Positions 18,758 through 28,841 of a stretch of 64,000 nt of DNA are shown here, in pieces. The DNA is from an uncultured Eggerthellaceae bacterium. Its GTDB lineage: Bacteria; Actinomycetota; Coriobacteriia; Coriobacteriales; Eggerthellaceae. The translations under genes were made by a program, and so were the position numbers. The notes below the pieces were generated by a model. It searched no databases. It saw only the letters and a program-made list of their open reading frames with translations, and had not been told where the DNA came from. The stretch is taken from positions 4,503 through 68,502 of the forward strand of contig CAJTML010000002.1 in NCBI GenBank assembly GCA_910577495.1, in the 5' to 3' direction. Each line of letters begins with the position of its first letter. Position 1 is the stretch's first letter.

Positions 18758-18995
18758 TGTTGATAACTTCGAACAAACCATGCGGGAAGTTTGAGGAAAA
18801 CAACGGATTTTTTCGTAATGATAATTTCACCAATAAAATTTAGACAAACCGCCACAACCTAACCTCAGAGTTATGAAGGTGCGCACGGTGTCTCTTATAT
18901 GAGGAAATAAGGAGTTATCCACAAACTAACATCCCTTATTAAGATTATGAGTAAAACAAAGTTATAAAGATAAGATAAGAAAGAAAAATTAAAGT
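18758..18995. promoter_or_regulatory. dnaA-dnaN intergenic DnaA boxes plus an AT-rich tract (oriC-like region II, candidate DUE)
   Basis: Exact TTATCCACA at 18915..18923. A one-mismatch box (TTATCAACA, reverse orientation) at 18758..18766. A strongly AT-rich run at about 18935..18995 (…TTATTAAGATTATGAGTAAAACAAAGTTATAAAGATAAGATAAGAAAGAAAAATTAAAG…). Confidence 0.55.
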
Positions 18996-19088
18996 ACACC
19001 CGCTTGATCGAGATATTTAAATCTCATCAAGGTGTGCGATACTTACAACCTACGAAAAACTAGCCGCTCAAGGGACGTGAGGATCTTT

Positions 19089-20192
19089 ATGAAATTCAGT
19101 ATCAACAAAACTGAACTCCAGAATGCATTAGCTGTAGTCATGAAGGGTACTTCCACTCGTTCAACGCTTCCTATTCTTTCGGGTGTTTATATTGAAACCC
19201 AGGAAGATGCTCTTTTACTCCAGGCCACAGACTTAGAGCTTTCTATCCAATATCACACCTCCGCCCTTATTGAGGAACCGGGGAAAACGGTACTACCTGG
19301 TAAGCTTTTCTCAGACATCGTTAAAAGCATGCCCGATGCAGCAATCCATGTTGACATCAACGATGAAGCTGCGGTTATCACCTGCGACACCTCGTCGTTT
19401 TCAATTAAGACGCTTTCTGCTGAAGACTTTCCGGGATTCCCGCATGTTGATATTCAACAAGAAATTTCGGTTCCTTTCGACACGTTTGCTTCAATGGTTA
19501 AGCGTGTGGCGCGCATTGTTTCAAAAGACGAAAGCCGCGGCGTATTGCAGGGTGTTTTGATTACACTCAAAGAAAATCAGCTTCGACTGGTTGCAACTGA
19601 CTCGTATCGTGTTGCGGTAACTGATGCAGAGGTAGAGCAAACCGAAGCTACGGATTTCCAAGCGGTAATTCTTGGGTCTTTCTTACAAGAAATTGCGTCG
19701 CTTCCGCGCAGCGAAGAACCTATCTCTATTGCACTTGCAGAAAACCAAATTGTGATGAAGTATCAGGATACGGTGTTTATTAACCGCCGCATTGAAGGTA
19801 ACTACCCTAACTATCAACAGTTGCTTCCTACGTCATATGCTACTCGCGTTGAGATTCCAACTGATATGTTACTTGCAGCAGTGAAACGTATTTCGCTTTT
19901 GAGCCCGAATAACTCACGCGTTAAATTTGACATCAATGTTGATTCGCAGACGCTGCAGCTTTCAACGGTTGCCCAAGATGTGGGTTCAGCTCAAGAAATG
20001 CTTCCGGCAACCGTATTAGGTGAAGACAATGTGATTGGGTTTAACTATACCTACATCGTGGATGGCCTTACCTCTATTGTGACCGACAAAGTGATCTTCG
20101 AAATGCAAGCTCCTAATAAACCAGGTATTTTAAAGGCGGATCTTGGCGAAGATTACTTATATCTGGTTATGCCGGTTACCTTAGACGCGTAA
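19089..20192 (+). CDS. dnaN: DNA polymerase III beta sliding clamp
   Basis: MKFSINKTELQNAL... The ATG at 19089 is preferred over the listed 19032 start. It has the three-domain clamp length (367 aa). Confidence 0.93.
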   Translation: MKFSINKTELQNALAVVMKGTSTRSTLPILSGVYIETQEDALLLQATDLELSIQYHTSALIEEPGKTVLPGKLFSDIVKSMPDAAIHVDINDEAAVITCDTSSFSIKTLSAEDFPGFPHVDIQQEISVPFDTFASMVKRVARIVSKDESRGVLQGVLITLKENQLRLVATDSYRVAVTDAEVEQTEATDFQAVILGSFLQEIASLPRSEEPISIALAENQIVMKYQDTVFINRRIEGNYPNYQQLLPTSYATRVEIPTDMLLAAVKRISLLSPNNSRVKFDINVDSQTLQLSTVAQDVGSAQEMLPATVLGEDNVIGFNYTYIVDGLTSIVTDKVIFEMQAPNKPGILKADLGEDYLYLVMPVTLDA

Positions 20193-20199
20193 CGTATTA

Positions 20200-20215
20200 G
20201 GTTTCACGTGAAACT
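20200..20215. promoter_or_regulatory. parS-like site, 14/16, overlapping the recF start codon
   Basis: GGTTTCACGTGAAACT. The central GTG (20208..20210) is the first codon of the recF ORF. Confidence 0.6.
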
Positions 20216-21350
20216 CGCACTTAAGCGCTTAGAATTTCAGAACTTTCGCAATTATCAGAAGTTTGAGCTTTCTGATATTGGTAACCTGACGATTTTTGTG
20301 GGTCCTAATGCTGTTGGTAAAACCAATATCATTGAAGGTATGCAGCTGTTGACGGCGCAGACTTCGTTTCGCCATCCAAAAATTGAGCATCTTATATTAC
20401 AAGGTGAAGAAACGGCGCACTTGCAAGCAGAGGTTCGCGATGAGCAGCGGCGTCTTGATTTTGAGCTTCACTTAGCTGAGCATACGAAGAAGCATCTCTT
20501 AAATGGAAAGGTCAAGAAAATTGTCGAACTGAAAGGTATTTTGCCTTCAGTTGTTTTTACTCCTGATGATCTTGGTCTTATGAAGGGTTCTTCTTCGGTT
20601 CGTCGTCGCATGATTGATGAACTTGGCGTTCAGCTGACACCGAATTACTATCAGATTCTCAAAGACTACGAAAAGGTGATTCGCCATAAAAATACCCTAC
20701 TGAAAGAACACGCTTCTGATGCGCTTTTGGATAGCCTTGATGACTTGGTGGTTACCTGTGGTTCTCAATTAATGTGGTATCGATCGACCTTATTTCAGAA
20801 ATTGGTATCAAAAACGCATGAGATGTATCAGGAAGTTTCACGGAATAAAGAAGTCTTTTCGGCGAGCTATATTCCGTCATGGGATAAAAATGGCGAAAGA
20901 ATTGGCGAACTTTTAGAGATACAAAAATCAGATGCGCGTAAAAAACTCATCCAAGCGCTGCAGTATTATCGAGCGCAAGAACGCCAACGTGGGTATGCAG
21001 TCGTCGGTCCTCATGCTGACAAGATTGAGTTTTATCTCAACGATAACCCGGTGAGTATATTCGGAAGTCAAGGACAACAACGTAGTCTCGTTTTAGCGAT
21101 GAAGCTTGCGGAAGTTAAACTAATAGAAGAAACGCTGGATCAAAGCCCTCTCTTTTTACTTGATGACGTTATGAGTGAATTAGATGAGCAACGCAGGGAA
21201 TCGCTCTTACAGTTGGTAAGTGAGGATGTTCAAACTTGTATAACAACGGCGCATATGTCGTACTTTAATAACGAGACGCTTGCGTCTGCACAAGTTGTAC
21301 ATCTTCCGCATACAAATAGTGATAATGAGATGGAATCTAACGCCTTGTAA
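20208..21350 (+). CDS. recF: DNA replication and repair protein RecF
   Basis: 380 aa. Walker A GPNAVGKTNIIEG, signature ...GSQGQQRSLVLAMKLAE..., Walker B LFLLDDVMSELD. Confidence 0.92.
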   Translation: MKLALKRLEFQNFRNYQKFELSDIGNLTIFVGPNAVGKTNIIEGMQLLTAQTSFRHPKIEHLILQGEETAHLQAEVRDEQRRLDFELHLAEHTKKHLLNGKVKKIVELKGILPSVVFTPDDLGLMKGSSSVRRRMIDELGVQLTPNYYQILKDYEKVIRHKNTLLKEHASDALLDSLDDLVVTCGSQLMWYRSTLFQKLVSKTHEMYQEVSRNKEVFSASYIPSWDKNGERIGELLEIQKSDARKKLIQALQYYRAQERQRGYAVVGPHADKIEFYLNDNPVSIFGSQGQQRSLVLAMKLAEVKLIEETLDQSPLFLLDDVMSELDEQRRESLLQLVSEDVQTCITTAHMSYFNNETLASAQVVHLPHTNSDNEMESNAL

Positions 21351-21611
21351 TGCAGATTTTGGAAAAAATTTGAAATAAAACCGTTTAAGAGCCATACAGG
21401 CCGTTAGAGACGTCTTAATTCGCGTAGAAAAGTATACTTCTGTAAAGCCATATGATATACTTTTCGCTCAACATAAAACGTTCTATTTCAAACTCGTAAT
21501 TCTTACTTACTTATAAGCGTGTTCTCGTAGGGGTATATAAGTAGTAATGTGCCAATTTTGGATTTCATGGAATAGAAGCACTCAAAAGCAGCTCGAGACG
21601 AAGGAGTAAGT

Positions 21612-23558
21612 GTGGCTAAATCATCTGAGCACGAATACAGTGGTGCAGATATTCAAGTCCTTGAAGGACTTGAAGCAGTACGCAAACGACCTGGCATGTA
21701 TATTGGTTCAACCGGTCCGCGCGGTCTTCATCACCTGGTGTATGAGGTTGTAGACAATGCGGTTGACGAAGCATTAGCAGGTTATTGTGATACCATTGAT
21801 GTATGGATCCGCCGTGATAATTCAATTACCGTCGTAGATAATGGTCGCGGTATTCCGATCGATAAGCATCCGAAAGAAAAAATCCCAACCGTTGAGGTTG
21901 TACTTACTATCCTGCATGCCGGTGGTAAGTTCGGTGGCGAAGGCTACAAAGTTTCCGGTGGTCTTCATGGTGTAGGTGTTTCTGTTGTAAACGCACTTTC
22001 ATCAAAGGTTGTCGTGGATGTTCGCCGTGATGGTAAAGAATACGAGATTGCTTTCGAATATGGCAAGACATCTGAAAAGCTGCACGAAGTTGGTAAGGCA
22101 AAACATACTGGTACAACCGTGTCTTTCTGGCCGGATCCGACCATCTTTACTGAGTCAACGATTTACGATTTTGATACTCTAGCAAATCGTTTCCGCGAAA
22201 TGGCATTCCTGAATAAAGGTCTTCGCATCACCTTGCATGATGAACGTGTAACTGATGCAGAGGGTAATCCTCGCACTGAATCCTTTATGTATAAGGGCGG
22301 CATTGTTGACTTTGTTCAATACCTCAACCAAGGAAAAGAGACACTTAATAAGCCGATCTATTTTGAAGCTGAAAATGACAATGGTAGCGTAGAAATTGCT
22401 ATGCAGTGGAACGAAAGCTACTCAACAAATTCAGTATTAGCTTTCGCAAATAACATTAATACCCATGAAGGCGGCACGCATCTTGAAGGCTTCAAGAATG
22501 CGGTAACTCGTACTATTAATGAGTACGCGCGCGCCAAAAAATTCTTAAAAGAGAAAGACTCAAATTTAAGTGGCGATGATGCCCGTGAAGGTTTAGCAGC
22601 TATTATCTCTGTTAAACTTCATGACCCACAATTTGAAGGTCAGACGAAAACGAAGCTTGGTAATACGGAAATGCGCGGCCTCGTACAAGACGCTGTGCGT
22701 CAAGGGTTAGCTGACTTTTTAGAAGAAAATCCAACACCAGCAAAGCGGATTATCACAAAAGCAACCTCAGCCCTTCATTTACGTGAGCGTCTTCGTAAGA
22801 TTAAAGAAACTGAGCGCAATAAATCAGGTTTAGATTCACTATCGCTTCCTGGAAAACTTGCTGACTGTTCTTCGCGTAAACCTGAAGAAAGTGAAATTTT
22901 CATCGTAGAGGGTGACTCTGCAGGTGGTTCTGCAAAACAAGCGCGTGATCGTAAATATCAAGCAATTCTGCCACTGCGAGGTAAGATCCTAAACGTAGAA
23001 CGCGTTAATCCGCATAAAGCAATGACGAGTGAAACGATCAACTCACTCATTACCGCAATCGGTACGAATGTTGGTGAGAGTTTTGATGCTGATAAAGCAC
23101 GTTATCATCGCATTATTATTATGACCGACGCGGACGTTGACGGTGCTCATATTCGCTGTCTGTTGCTGACGTTCTTCTATCGTTATATGCCTGAACTTAT
23201 TAATCGTGGCTATATCTACATTGCGCAACCGCCGATCTTTGGTTTAAAGAAAAAGAATTCTCGTAGCCCCAAGATTGAGCGTTACATCTATGATGAAAGT
23301 GCTTTGTCGTCAGTGCTGGCAGAGTATGAAGATCCCTCGAAATTCGACGTTCAGCGTTACAAGGGTCTGGGTGAGATGGACCCCGAGCAGCTTTGGGAAA
23401 CCACGATGGAACCGGCAACCCGAACGCTCTTACAAGTCAATATTGATGACGCCGCTGAAGCAGAACGTGTTGTGAGCGAGCTCATGGGCGACATTGTTGA
23501 ACCTCGTAAAGAGTTCATCCAAAAACACGCTCGCGACGTGCGTTTCTTGGATATTTAA
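21612..23558 (+). CDS. gyrB: DNA gyrase subunit B
   Basis: 648 aa. GTG start 5 nt after AAGGAG. Motifs YSGADIQVLEGLEAVRKRPGMYIGS, EGDSAGG, PLRGKILNVE. Confidence 0.96.
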   Translation: MAKSSEHEYSGADIQVLEGLEAVRKRPGMYIGSTGPRGLHHLVYEVVDNAVDEALAGYCDTIDVWIRRDNSITVVDNGRGIPIDKHPKEKIPTVEVVLTILHAGGKFGGEGYKVSGGLHGVGVSVVNALSSKVVVDVRRDGKEYEIAFEYGKTSEKLHEVGKAKHTGTTVSFWPDPTIFTESTIYDFDTLANRFREMAFLNKGLRITLHDERVTDAEGNPRTESFMYKGGIVDFVQYLNQGKETLNKPIYFEAENDNGSVEIAMQWNESYSTNSVLAFANNINTHEGGTHLEGFKNAVTRTINEYARAKKFLKEKDSNLSGDDAREGLAAIISVKLHDPQFEGQTKTKLGNTEMRGLVQDAVRQGLADFLEENPTPAKRIITKATSALHLRERLRKIKETERNKSGLDSLSLPGKLADCSSRKPEESEIFIVEGDSAGGSAKQARDRKYQAILPLRGKILNVERVNPHKAMTSETINSLITAIGTNVGESFDADKARYHRIIIMTDADVDGAHIRCLLLTFFYRYMPELINRGYIYIAQPPIFGLKKKNSRSPKIERYIYDESALSSVLAEYEDPSKFDVQRYKGLGEMDPEQLWETTMEPATRTLLQVNIDDAAEAERVVSELMGDIVEPRKEFIQKHARDVRFLDI

Positions 23559-23603
23559 AGCATGGTACGTAACTAGATTGAAGCAGAGTTGGAAAGGTAA
23601 TCC

Positions 23604-26408
23604 ATGGCAGATAATACTGAGGATTTCAACGAAGAGAATCAATCTCAAGACGATAGTTTAGATAGACTACTCTCTCGTTCTGAGGAAGAAGAATTAGATG
23701 AAGAAGAGGGCGTTGACGTAGAAGCTGGCGAAGAAGCTTCTGCTGGTGTACTTCCTTCGAATGAATATTCGGAAGAAAATAAAGCTCGCTCACTCATTGA
23801 TATGTCAACGCTTGAAAAGCCGCATGGCTCTATCGTAGAAGACGCCAATGGTGGTGAAGGCACAACCGTTATTTCGGCATATCTTGGCAAAGAGATGCAG
23901 ACGTCGTTTTTGGAGTACTCGATGTCTGTTATTGTCTCGCGCGCACTGCCGGATGTTCGCGACGGCTTAAAGCCAGTTCATCGTCGTATTTTATACGCCA
24001 TGAATGAAAGCGGTTATACGCCAAGCCGCCCCCACATGAAGTCCGCGCGTACCGTCGGTGACGTTATTGGTAAGTACCACCCACATGGTGACAGTGCGGT
24101 CTATGACGCAATGGTTCGCTTGGCTCAGCCATTCTCAATGCGCTTACCGTTGGTTGATGGTCATGGCAACTTCGGTTCTATCGACGGTGACTCCGCAGCA
24201 GCAATGCGTTATACCGAGGCTCGCTTGGATAAAGCCGCCATGGAGCTTTTGCGTGACCTGGACAAAGAGACGGTTAACTGCCAACCCAACTATGATGAGA
24301 GTTTGGAAGAGCCTGAGGTTTTGCCGGCGCGCTACCCGAACTTGTTAGTCAACGGTTCAAACGGTATTGCTGTTGGTATGGCAACCAATATCCCGCCTCA
24401 TAATCTTGGTGAAGCTATTGATGCAACGTGCCTGCTCCTGGACAACCCAGATGCATCCACTGAGGAGCTTCTCAAAGTAATGCCGGGTCCTGACTTCCCA
24501 ACGGGCGGCATCATTATGGGCCGCGAAGGTATTACGGATTACTACAACACTGGCCGCGGCTCTCTGACCATTCGTGCACGCACTGAGATTACCGAGGATA
24601 AAAAAGGTCGCGCGTCTATCGTTGTAAAAGAGATTCCGTATCAGGTAAACCGCCAGCGTCTGCTTGAAAAACTCGGAGAGCTCGTTCGCGATAAAAAACT
24701 TCCTGAGATTTCTAATATTCACGACGCAGCAGACCGTCACGGCATTGATATTATTATCGATCTCAAAAAAGGAGCCATCCCGCAAGTTGTGCTCAATAAA
24801 CTGTTTAAGCACACGCAACTTCAGGTGGGCTTCGGTGTTATCCTGTTGGCATTGGTTGATGGTATTCCTCGCGTGCTCTCGCTCAAAGAAGCACTTCACT
24901 ACTACATTGAGCACCAAAAAGAGGTTATCGTTCGCCGTACCCGCTATGAATTGGCGAAGGCGGAAGAGCGTGCTCATATTCTTGAAGGCTACATCGTTGC
25001 GCTGGATAACATTGATGAAGTTATCTCAATTATCCGCTCATCACAGACTGATAAAGAGGCAGCTGCTCGCTTAACTGAGCGCTTCAAGTTGACCGATAAA
25101 CAAACCAGCGCAATCTTGGAAATGCGTCTTCGCCGTCTTACCGGTTTGGAACGCAACAAGATTGAAGAAGAACTCAAAGAACTCAACGAGCGCATTGACT
25201 ACTATCGTCGAGTCTTGGCTGATGAAGCATTGGTTCGCGAAATCATCAAAGAGGAGCTCCAAGAGATCAAGAAGCGCTTTGCTAATCCGCGCCGCACGCT
25301 CATTTCGGGCAAGGCGAAGGATATTGACGTTGAGGACCTCATTGCTGATGAGGTTATGGCAGTGACCATGACGCGATTGGGTTACATCAAGCGTCTGCCA
25401 GTAGCAACGTATAGGCAGCAAAAACGCGGCGGCAAAGGTATGCAAGGCGTTAACCTGAAAGACAATGATTACGTTGAGCATTTGTTTGCAGCCTCAACCC
25501 ATGCCTACATGCTGTTCTTCTCTACGAAGGGCAAGGTCTATCGCAAGAAGGTTTACGAAATTCCGGAAGCATCGCGTCACGCGCGTGGCACGGCAATCGT
25601 GAACTTGCTCCACCTTGATTCGGACGAGTCAATTAGTGCAGTTATTGCCACGAAGGAATTCCCCAGTGATGAGTATCTCATGTTCGCAACTGCACAAGGC
25701 ATGGTCAAGAAGACGTCCATGGATCTATATGACCGCACCCGTAATGACGGTTTGATTGCTATTAACCTCAAGGACGGCGACGAACTGATTAGTGTTCGCC
25801 GCGTGGCTGAGGGCGAAAAGGTCATGATGGTGTCTTCTGCTGGCAAGGCAATCATGTGGGATGAGAGCGAAGCACGTTCAATGGGTCGTGACACCATGGG
25901 TGTTCGCGGTATGACGGTGCCCGTGAACGCGAAAGTGCTGGGCATGGAGATTGCTCGTCCCGAAACTGACCTGTTCGTCATCACTGAAAAAGGGTATGGC
26001 AAACGCACACCTGTGGCGGAATATCCCGTACAGCATCGTGGTGGTCAGGGCGTATTCACGATCACGATGACGGCGAAAAAAGGCCAGTTGGCGGCCATGA
26101 AGATCGTCGGTCAAGATGATGAAATCATGATCGTGTCTGAAGAGGGCGTTGTGGTTCGTACCGCGGTTTCAGGTATTTCTGAACTCGGTCGCTCCACGCA
26201 AGGCGTTCGCGTTATGAACGTTGCCGATGAGGACAAAGTGGTTGCTGTGGCAATTTCTTCCCATGGAAAGAAAAAGAAGGCAGCTGCCACGACGGGATCA
26301 AATGATGAAATTGACGACGCAGATTTAGACGATGAGACACTGGATGAGTCAGGCGAAGAAGTCGTAGAGATTGACGAAGAAATTGTCGAAGACGTTGATA
26401 GTGAATAA
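23604..26408 (+). CDS. gyrA: DNA gyrase subunit A, with acidic N- and C-terminal extensions
   Basis: 934 aa. Motifs …[22 protein letters not shown]…, [10 protein letters not shown] (catalytic Tyr), and beta-pinwheel CTD repeats. There are about 90 extra acidic residues at the N-terminus and an acidic tail. Confidence 0.96.
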   Translation: MADNTEDFNEENQSQDDSLDRLLSRSEEEELDEEEGVDVEAGEEASAGVLPSNEYSEENKARSLIDMSTLEKPHGSIVEDANGGEGTTVISAYLGKEMQTSFLEYSMSVIVSRALPDVRDGLKPVHRRILYAMNESGYTPSRPHMKSARTVGDVIGKYHPHGDSAVYDAMVRLAQPFSMRLPLVDGHGNFGSIDGDSAAAMRYTEARLDKAAMELLRDLDKETVNCQPNYDESLEEPEVLPARYPNLLVNGSNGIAVGMATNIPPHNLGEAIDATCLLLDNPDASTEELLKVMPGPDFPTGGIIMGREGITDYYNTGRGSLTIRARTEITEDKKGRASIVVKEIPYQVNRQRLLEKLGELVRDKKLPEISNIHDAADRHGIDIIIDLKKGAIPQVVLNKLFKHTQLQVGFGVILLALVDGIPRVLSLKEALHYYIEHQKEVIVRRTRYELAKAEERAHILEGYIVALDNIDEVISIIRSSQTDKEAAARLTERFKLTDKQTSAILEMRLRRLTGLERNKIEEELKELNERIDYYRRVLADEALVREIIKEELQEIKKRFANPRRTLISGKAKDIDVEDLIADEVMAVTMTRLGYIKRLPVATYRQQKRGGKGMQGVNLKDNDYVEHLFAASTHAYMLFFSTKGKVYRKKVYEIPEASRHARGTAIVNLLHLDSDESISAVIATKEFPSDEYLMFATAQGMVKKTSMDLYDRTRNDGLIAINLKDGDELISVRRVAEGEKVMMVSSAGKAIMWDESEARSMGRDTMGVRGMTVPVNAKVLGMEIARPETDLFVITEKGYGKRTPVAEYPVQHRGGQGVFTITMTAKKGQLAAMKIVGQDDEIMIVSEEGVVVRTAVSGISELGRSTQGVRVMNVADEDKVVAVAISSHGKKKKAAATTGSNDEIDDADLDDETLDESGEEVVEIDEEIVEDVDSE

Positions 26409-26428
26409 CAATCACACAAACTGAGACT

Positions 26429-26474
26429 AGTATGGGTAAAGAGGGTACTTCACTTCTTTACCCATACTTTTTTA
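26429..26474 (+). terminator. Intrinsic terminator after gyrA
   Basis: AGTATGGGTAAAG...CTTTACCCATACT (13-bp stem) followed by TTTTTT. Confidence 0.75.
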
Positions 26475-26516
26475 TAGGGAAACCTTGTCAGTTGAAATCA
26501 CTACCCAAGGAATCAC

Positions 26517-26741
26517 ATGGTTCTTGTATTTAATCCTGATCATCCGTTCACGCTGAGAGAGCAGCAAATTCTTTACTTCGCCGCTCAAGGGCTATCGAAT
26601 AAAGAAATTGCTGATCACTTAGTGGTGTCCGAACAAACCGTGAAGACACATTTGTCACATATGCTCACCAAATCACTGCGCGCTAACAGAACATCTCTGG
26701 TGGTGTATGGGTTTGAGAGCGGGATTCTCCAGAAACGATAA
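26517..26741 (+). CDS. Small stand-alone LuxR/GerE-type HTH protein
   Basis: 74 aa: LREQQILYFAAQGLSNKEIADHLVVSEQTVKTHLSHMLTK. Confidence 0.7.
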   Translation: MVLVFNPDHPFTLREQQILYFAAQGLSNKEIADHLVVSEQTVKTHLSHMLTKSLRANRTSLVVYGFESGILQKR

Positions 26742-26785
26742 GGTATTATTCTGAAACACTCAGCACGTTAAGAGATAGAGGTATT

Positions 26786-27622
26786 GTGATTTACATCGTT
26801 CTTCTGGTTGTTTGTATCGCACTCTATATTGTTTCGGGTGTTGCTTGTGCGCTGGTGGCAGTAAAGGGGAATCAAACACTTAAACACTTCGCGAAATATC
26901 TCTATCTTGCCGCGTTTATTCTTCATTCAGTCTTTATTGGATTGAGCTCTGTATCTACAGCAGGCACGTTATTAACCGGTCCAAATATTGCAATGTTGGG
27001 GGCATGGGTGATTGCAGGCGTTGCGTTGGTGATGCTGCTCTTCAAGAACAAGGCATACACCTACGCAATGTTTTCAGCTCCGGCAATTGTGATACTCATT
27101 CTCATCTCGTTTTACCTTCACTTCAGTATGTATGGAGATGCTATTTCAAATGCCGTATATTATCGCTGGCCAATGCTTGTTGTTCATATTGTGCTCGTGT
27201 TTTTGGCGGCAGCATGTTTTATGGTCTCTGCGGCAGCTTCAGGAACTTTTCTCTATCAAAGTCACCTTATGCAAAAACATAGCGTGCAAATTCTGCGCGT
27301 TGATACCCCTGCACTTAACACCCTTTCGCGCGTCGGCCGCGTCGCAATTTTGGCGGGTGTAGTGCTCTTTTTTGTTGCCATGCTCATTGGTTTTATCAGG
27401 TTGGTGGTATTAGGTGACGCGCACGTAATCGCAAACGTCTTCACCACCGAGCAGTATCTGCTACCACGCATCATTTTTTCACTAGTCGTTTTCGCCATTT
27501 ATTGTTTGTATCTTGTGTTTGCGTATTTTATTCCGTACTCCGTAAGCGGAAAAACTCGCGCGATCTTATCCCTTATAGGATTCGTGGGCGTTGTTGTGCT
27601 GATTGTTGTGTCGGCGTGGTGA
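26786..27622 (+). CDS. HemX-like / cytochrome-c-assembly-family polytopic membrane protein
   Basis: 278 aa with about 8 hydrophobic helices. Size and position (adjacent to a hemA-like gene) match Firmicute-type hemX. I see no W-rich WWD heme-handling motif. Confidence 0.5.
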   Translation: MIYIVLLVVCIALYIVSGVACALVAVKGNQTLKHFAKYLYLAAFILHSVFIGLSSVSTAGTLLTGPNIAMLGAWVIAGVALVMLLFKNKAYTYAMFSAPAIVILILISFYLHFSMYGDAISNAVYYRWPMLVVHIVLVFLAAACFMVSAAASGTFLYQSHLMQKHSVQILRVDTPALNTLSRVGRVAILAGVVLFFVAMLIGFIRLVVLGDAHVIANVFTTEQYLLPRIIFSLVVFAIYCLYLVFAYFIPYSVSGKTRAILSLIGFVGVVVLIVVSAW

Positions 27623-28697
27623 TGTTGTGGCAGTCGTGGTAGTTGGGATCAACCCAAAAAGAGCAGTATTTCACGCACTTTCATCACTCGTCCAAACTAC
27701 TGATGGCAAAAAGCGCGTCCTGGCGAACATAGTGGAAGATCGCGCAATTCAAGAAGCAACTATTTTGTATCGACCGTATCGGTTTGAGTTGTATTGTGTA
27801 ACGAATGAGGTAACCGATACTGCTTCGACGGTCGCGCGAGCATTGGCTGATTTGAGTGCCATTTCCTTTTCGGAAGTTTTGGCAAGTTGTTATTACGCGG
27901 AAAATACTGACGCGCTTGATCATTTGGTTTCACTTGTTGCTGATAGTTGTGCTGAACTTGAGAGTAAGCCATTCGCCATTATTTCAGACGCGGGCGAGTT
28001 CACGTCGTATAACACCTATGAGGATCCAGGGTTTTTCGCCGCACTCCAAAAAGCGGCACAGGGTGTTCAGCGCAAACAAGCGGGCGAATCCACGTTAGGC
28101 TACCTGTTTGAAGCCGCGGGTAGCTTCAATCAGCAACTCCTCCAAGAGACTCAAACTCCTTCTGCGAGCAGCATTAACTTCGTTATTCAGACGCTCGTGC
28201 AGCGCATGTTTGACAATATCCCGCGCCGTGCCACGCTCTTCTTAGGCGGCAGTCACCATGCGCAAAGCGCGGCAATGGCGCTCATGGAGATAGGTGCGTC
28301 ACGCTTCGCCGTAATTGGAACAAGTCAAGAATCGCATAATCTCTCAACGCTTTTGCAGGCGCGCTTATGTGCGGAAAACGTCTTAAATCTTGAGTTGGCG
28401 AAGGCAGACATGGTTATAGTTGCAGAAACTGCGTTGGCGCCGCGTTTGGATAAGAAGATCTTTAAGCAAATTCGCAAAGACAGACGTGATAGATTGCTGT
28501 TGGTTTTAGATCTCACGCCTGAGGGTAGTGTGGACAATAAAATCACCAACTTAGATGGTGTGTATTTATATCGCGCGCAAGATCTCCTTATGATGGCAGC
28601 CTCGCTTCCTGGTGCACCCAATAACGCCGCTTCGGTTGAGACGCAAATTGCAGCAAAAGTGGTTGATCTTGCAACTGAGCTGGGTATTTCCTTGTAA
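27603..28697 (+). CDS. Glutamyl-tRNA reductase (HemA)-like protein with degenerate catalytic and NADPH motifs
   Basis: It is collinear with HemA: VVVVGINPKRA…, EATILYRPYRFELYCV (where HemA has STCNRTE), LFLGGSHHAQSA (where HemA has GAGxxG), LAKADMVIVAE, LVLDLTPEGS...LDGVYLYRAQDL. The likely start is GTG 27624, just after the upstream stop at 27620-27622. Confidence 0.55.
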   Translation: MLCRRGDVVAVVVVGINPKRAVFHALSSLVQTTDGKKRVLANIVEDRAIQEATILYRPYRFELYCVTNEVTDTASTVARALADLSAISFSEVLASCYYAENTDALDHLVSLVADSCAELESKPFAIISDAGEFTSYNTYEDPGFFAALQKAAQGVQRKQAGESTLGYLFEAAGSFNQQLLQETQTPSASSINFVIQTLVQRMFDNIPRRATLFLGGSHHAQSAAMALMEIGASRFAVIGTSQESHNLSTLLQARLCAENVLNLELAKADMVIVAETALAPRLDKKIFKQIRKDRRDRLLLVLDLTPEGSVDNKITNLDGVYLYRAQDLLMMAASLPGAPNNAASVETQIAAKVVDLATELGISL

Positions 28698-28841
28698 ACC
28701 GTTCGCAAGCAACTGGCTTCTTCACCGTATAAAAGTAATCCGTATATAACTTATTGAGCGCGCATATCACTCGGTTGGGTGATGGCCGGCATATAGAAAA
28801 TCCCTATCCTGTGGTGCACTGGAGAAATAGGGAGGTATTAC

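Noticed and set aside
24357-25481. ORFs antisense or alternative-frame to gyrA (24357..24977 -, 24664..25074 +, 25071..25481 -), and similar ones in 48769..49398, 51668..52297, 30851..31483 and 31322..31972
   Set aside because: All are nested in confidently identified genes and lack RBSs or family motifs.
7260-26500. Chimeric assembly as the explanation for the AT-rich origin block
   Set aside because: I do not favour it. Composition changes gradually through dinG and gyrA rather than at a sharp joint. Gene order is the canonical origin synteny. The same parS motif occurs in both AT-rich and GC-rich parts. It still deserves a read-level check.
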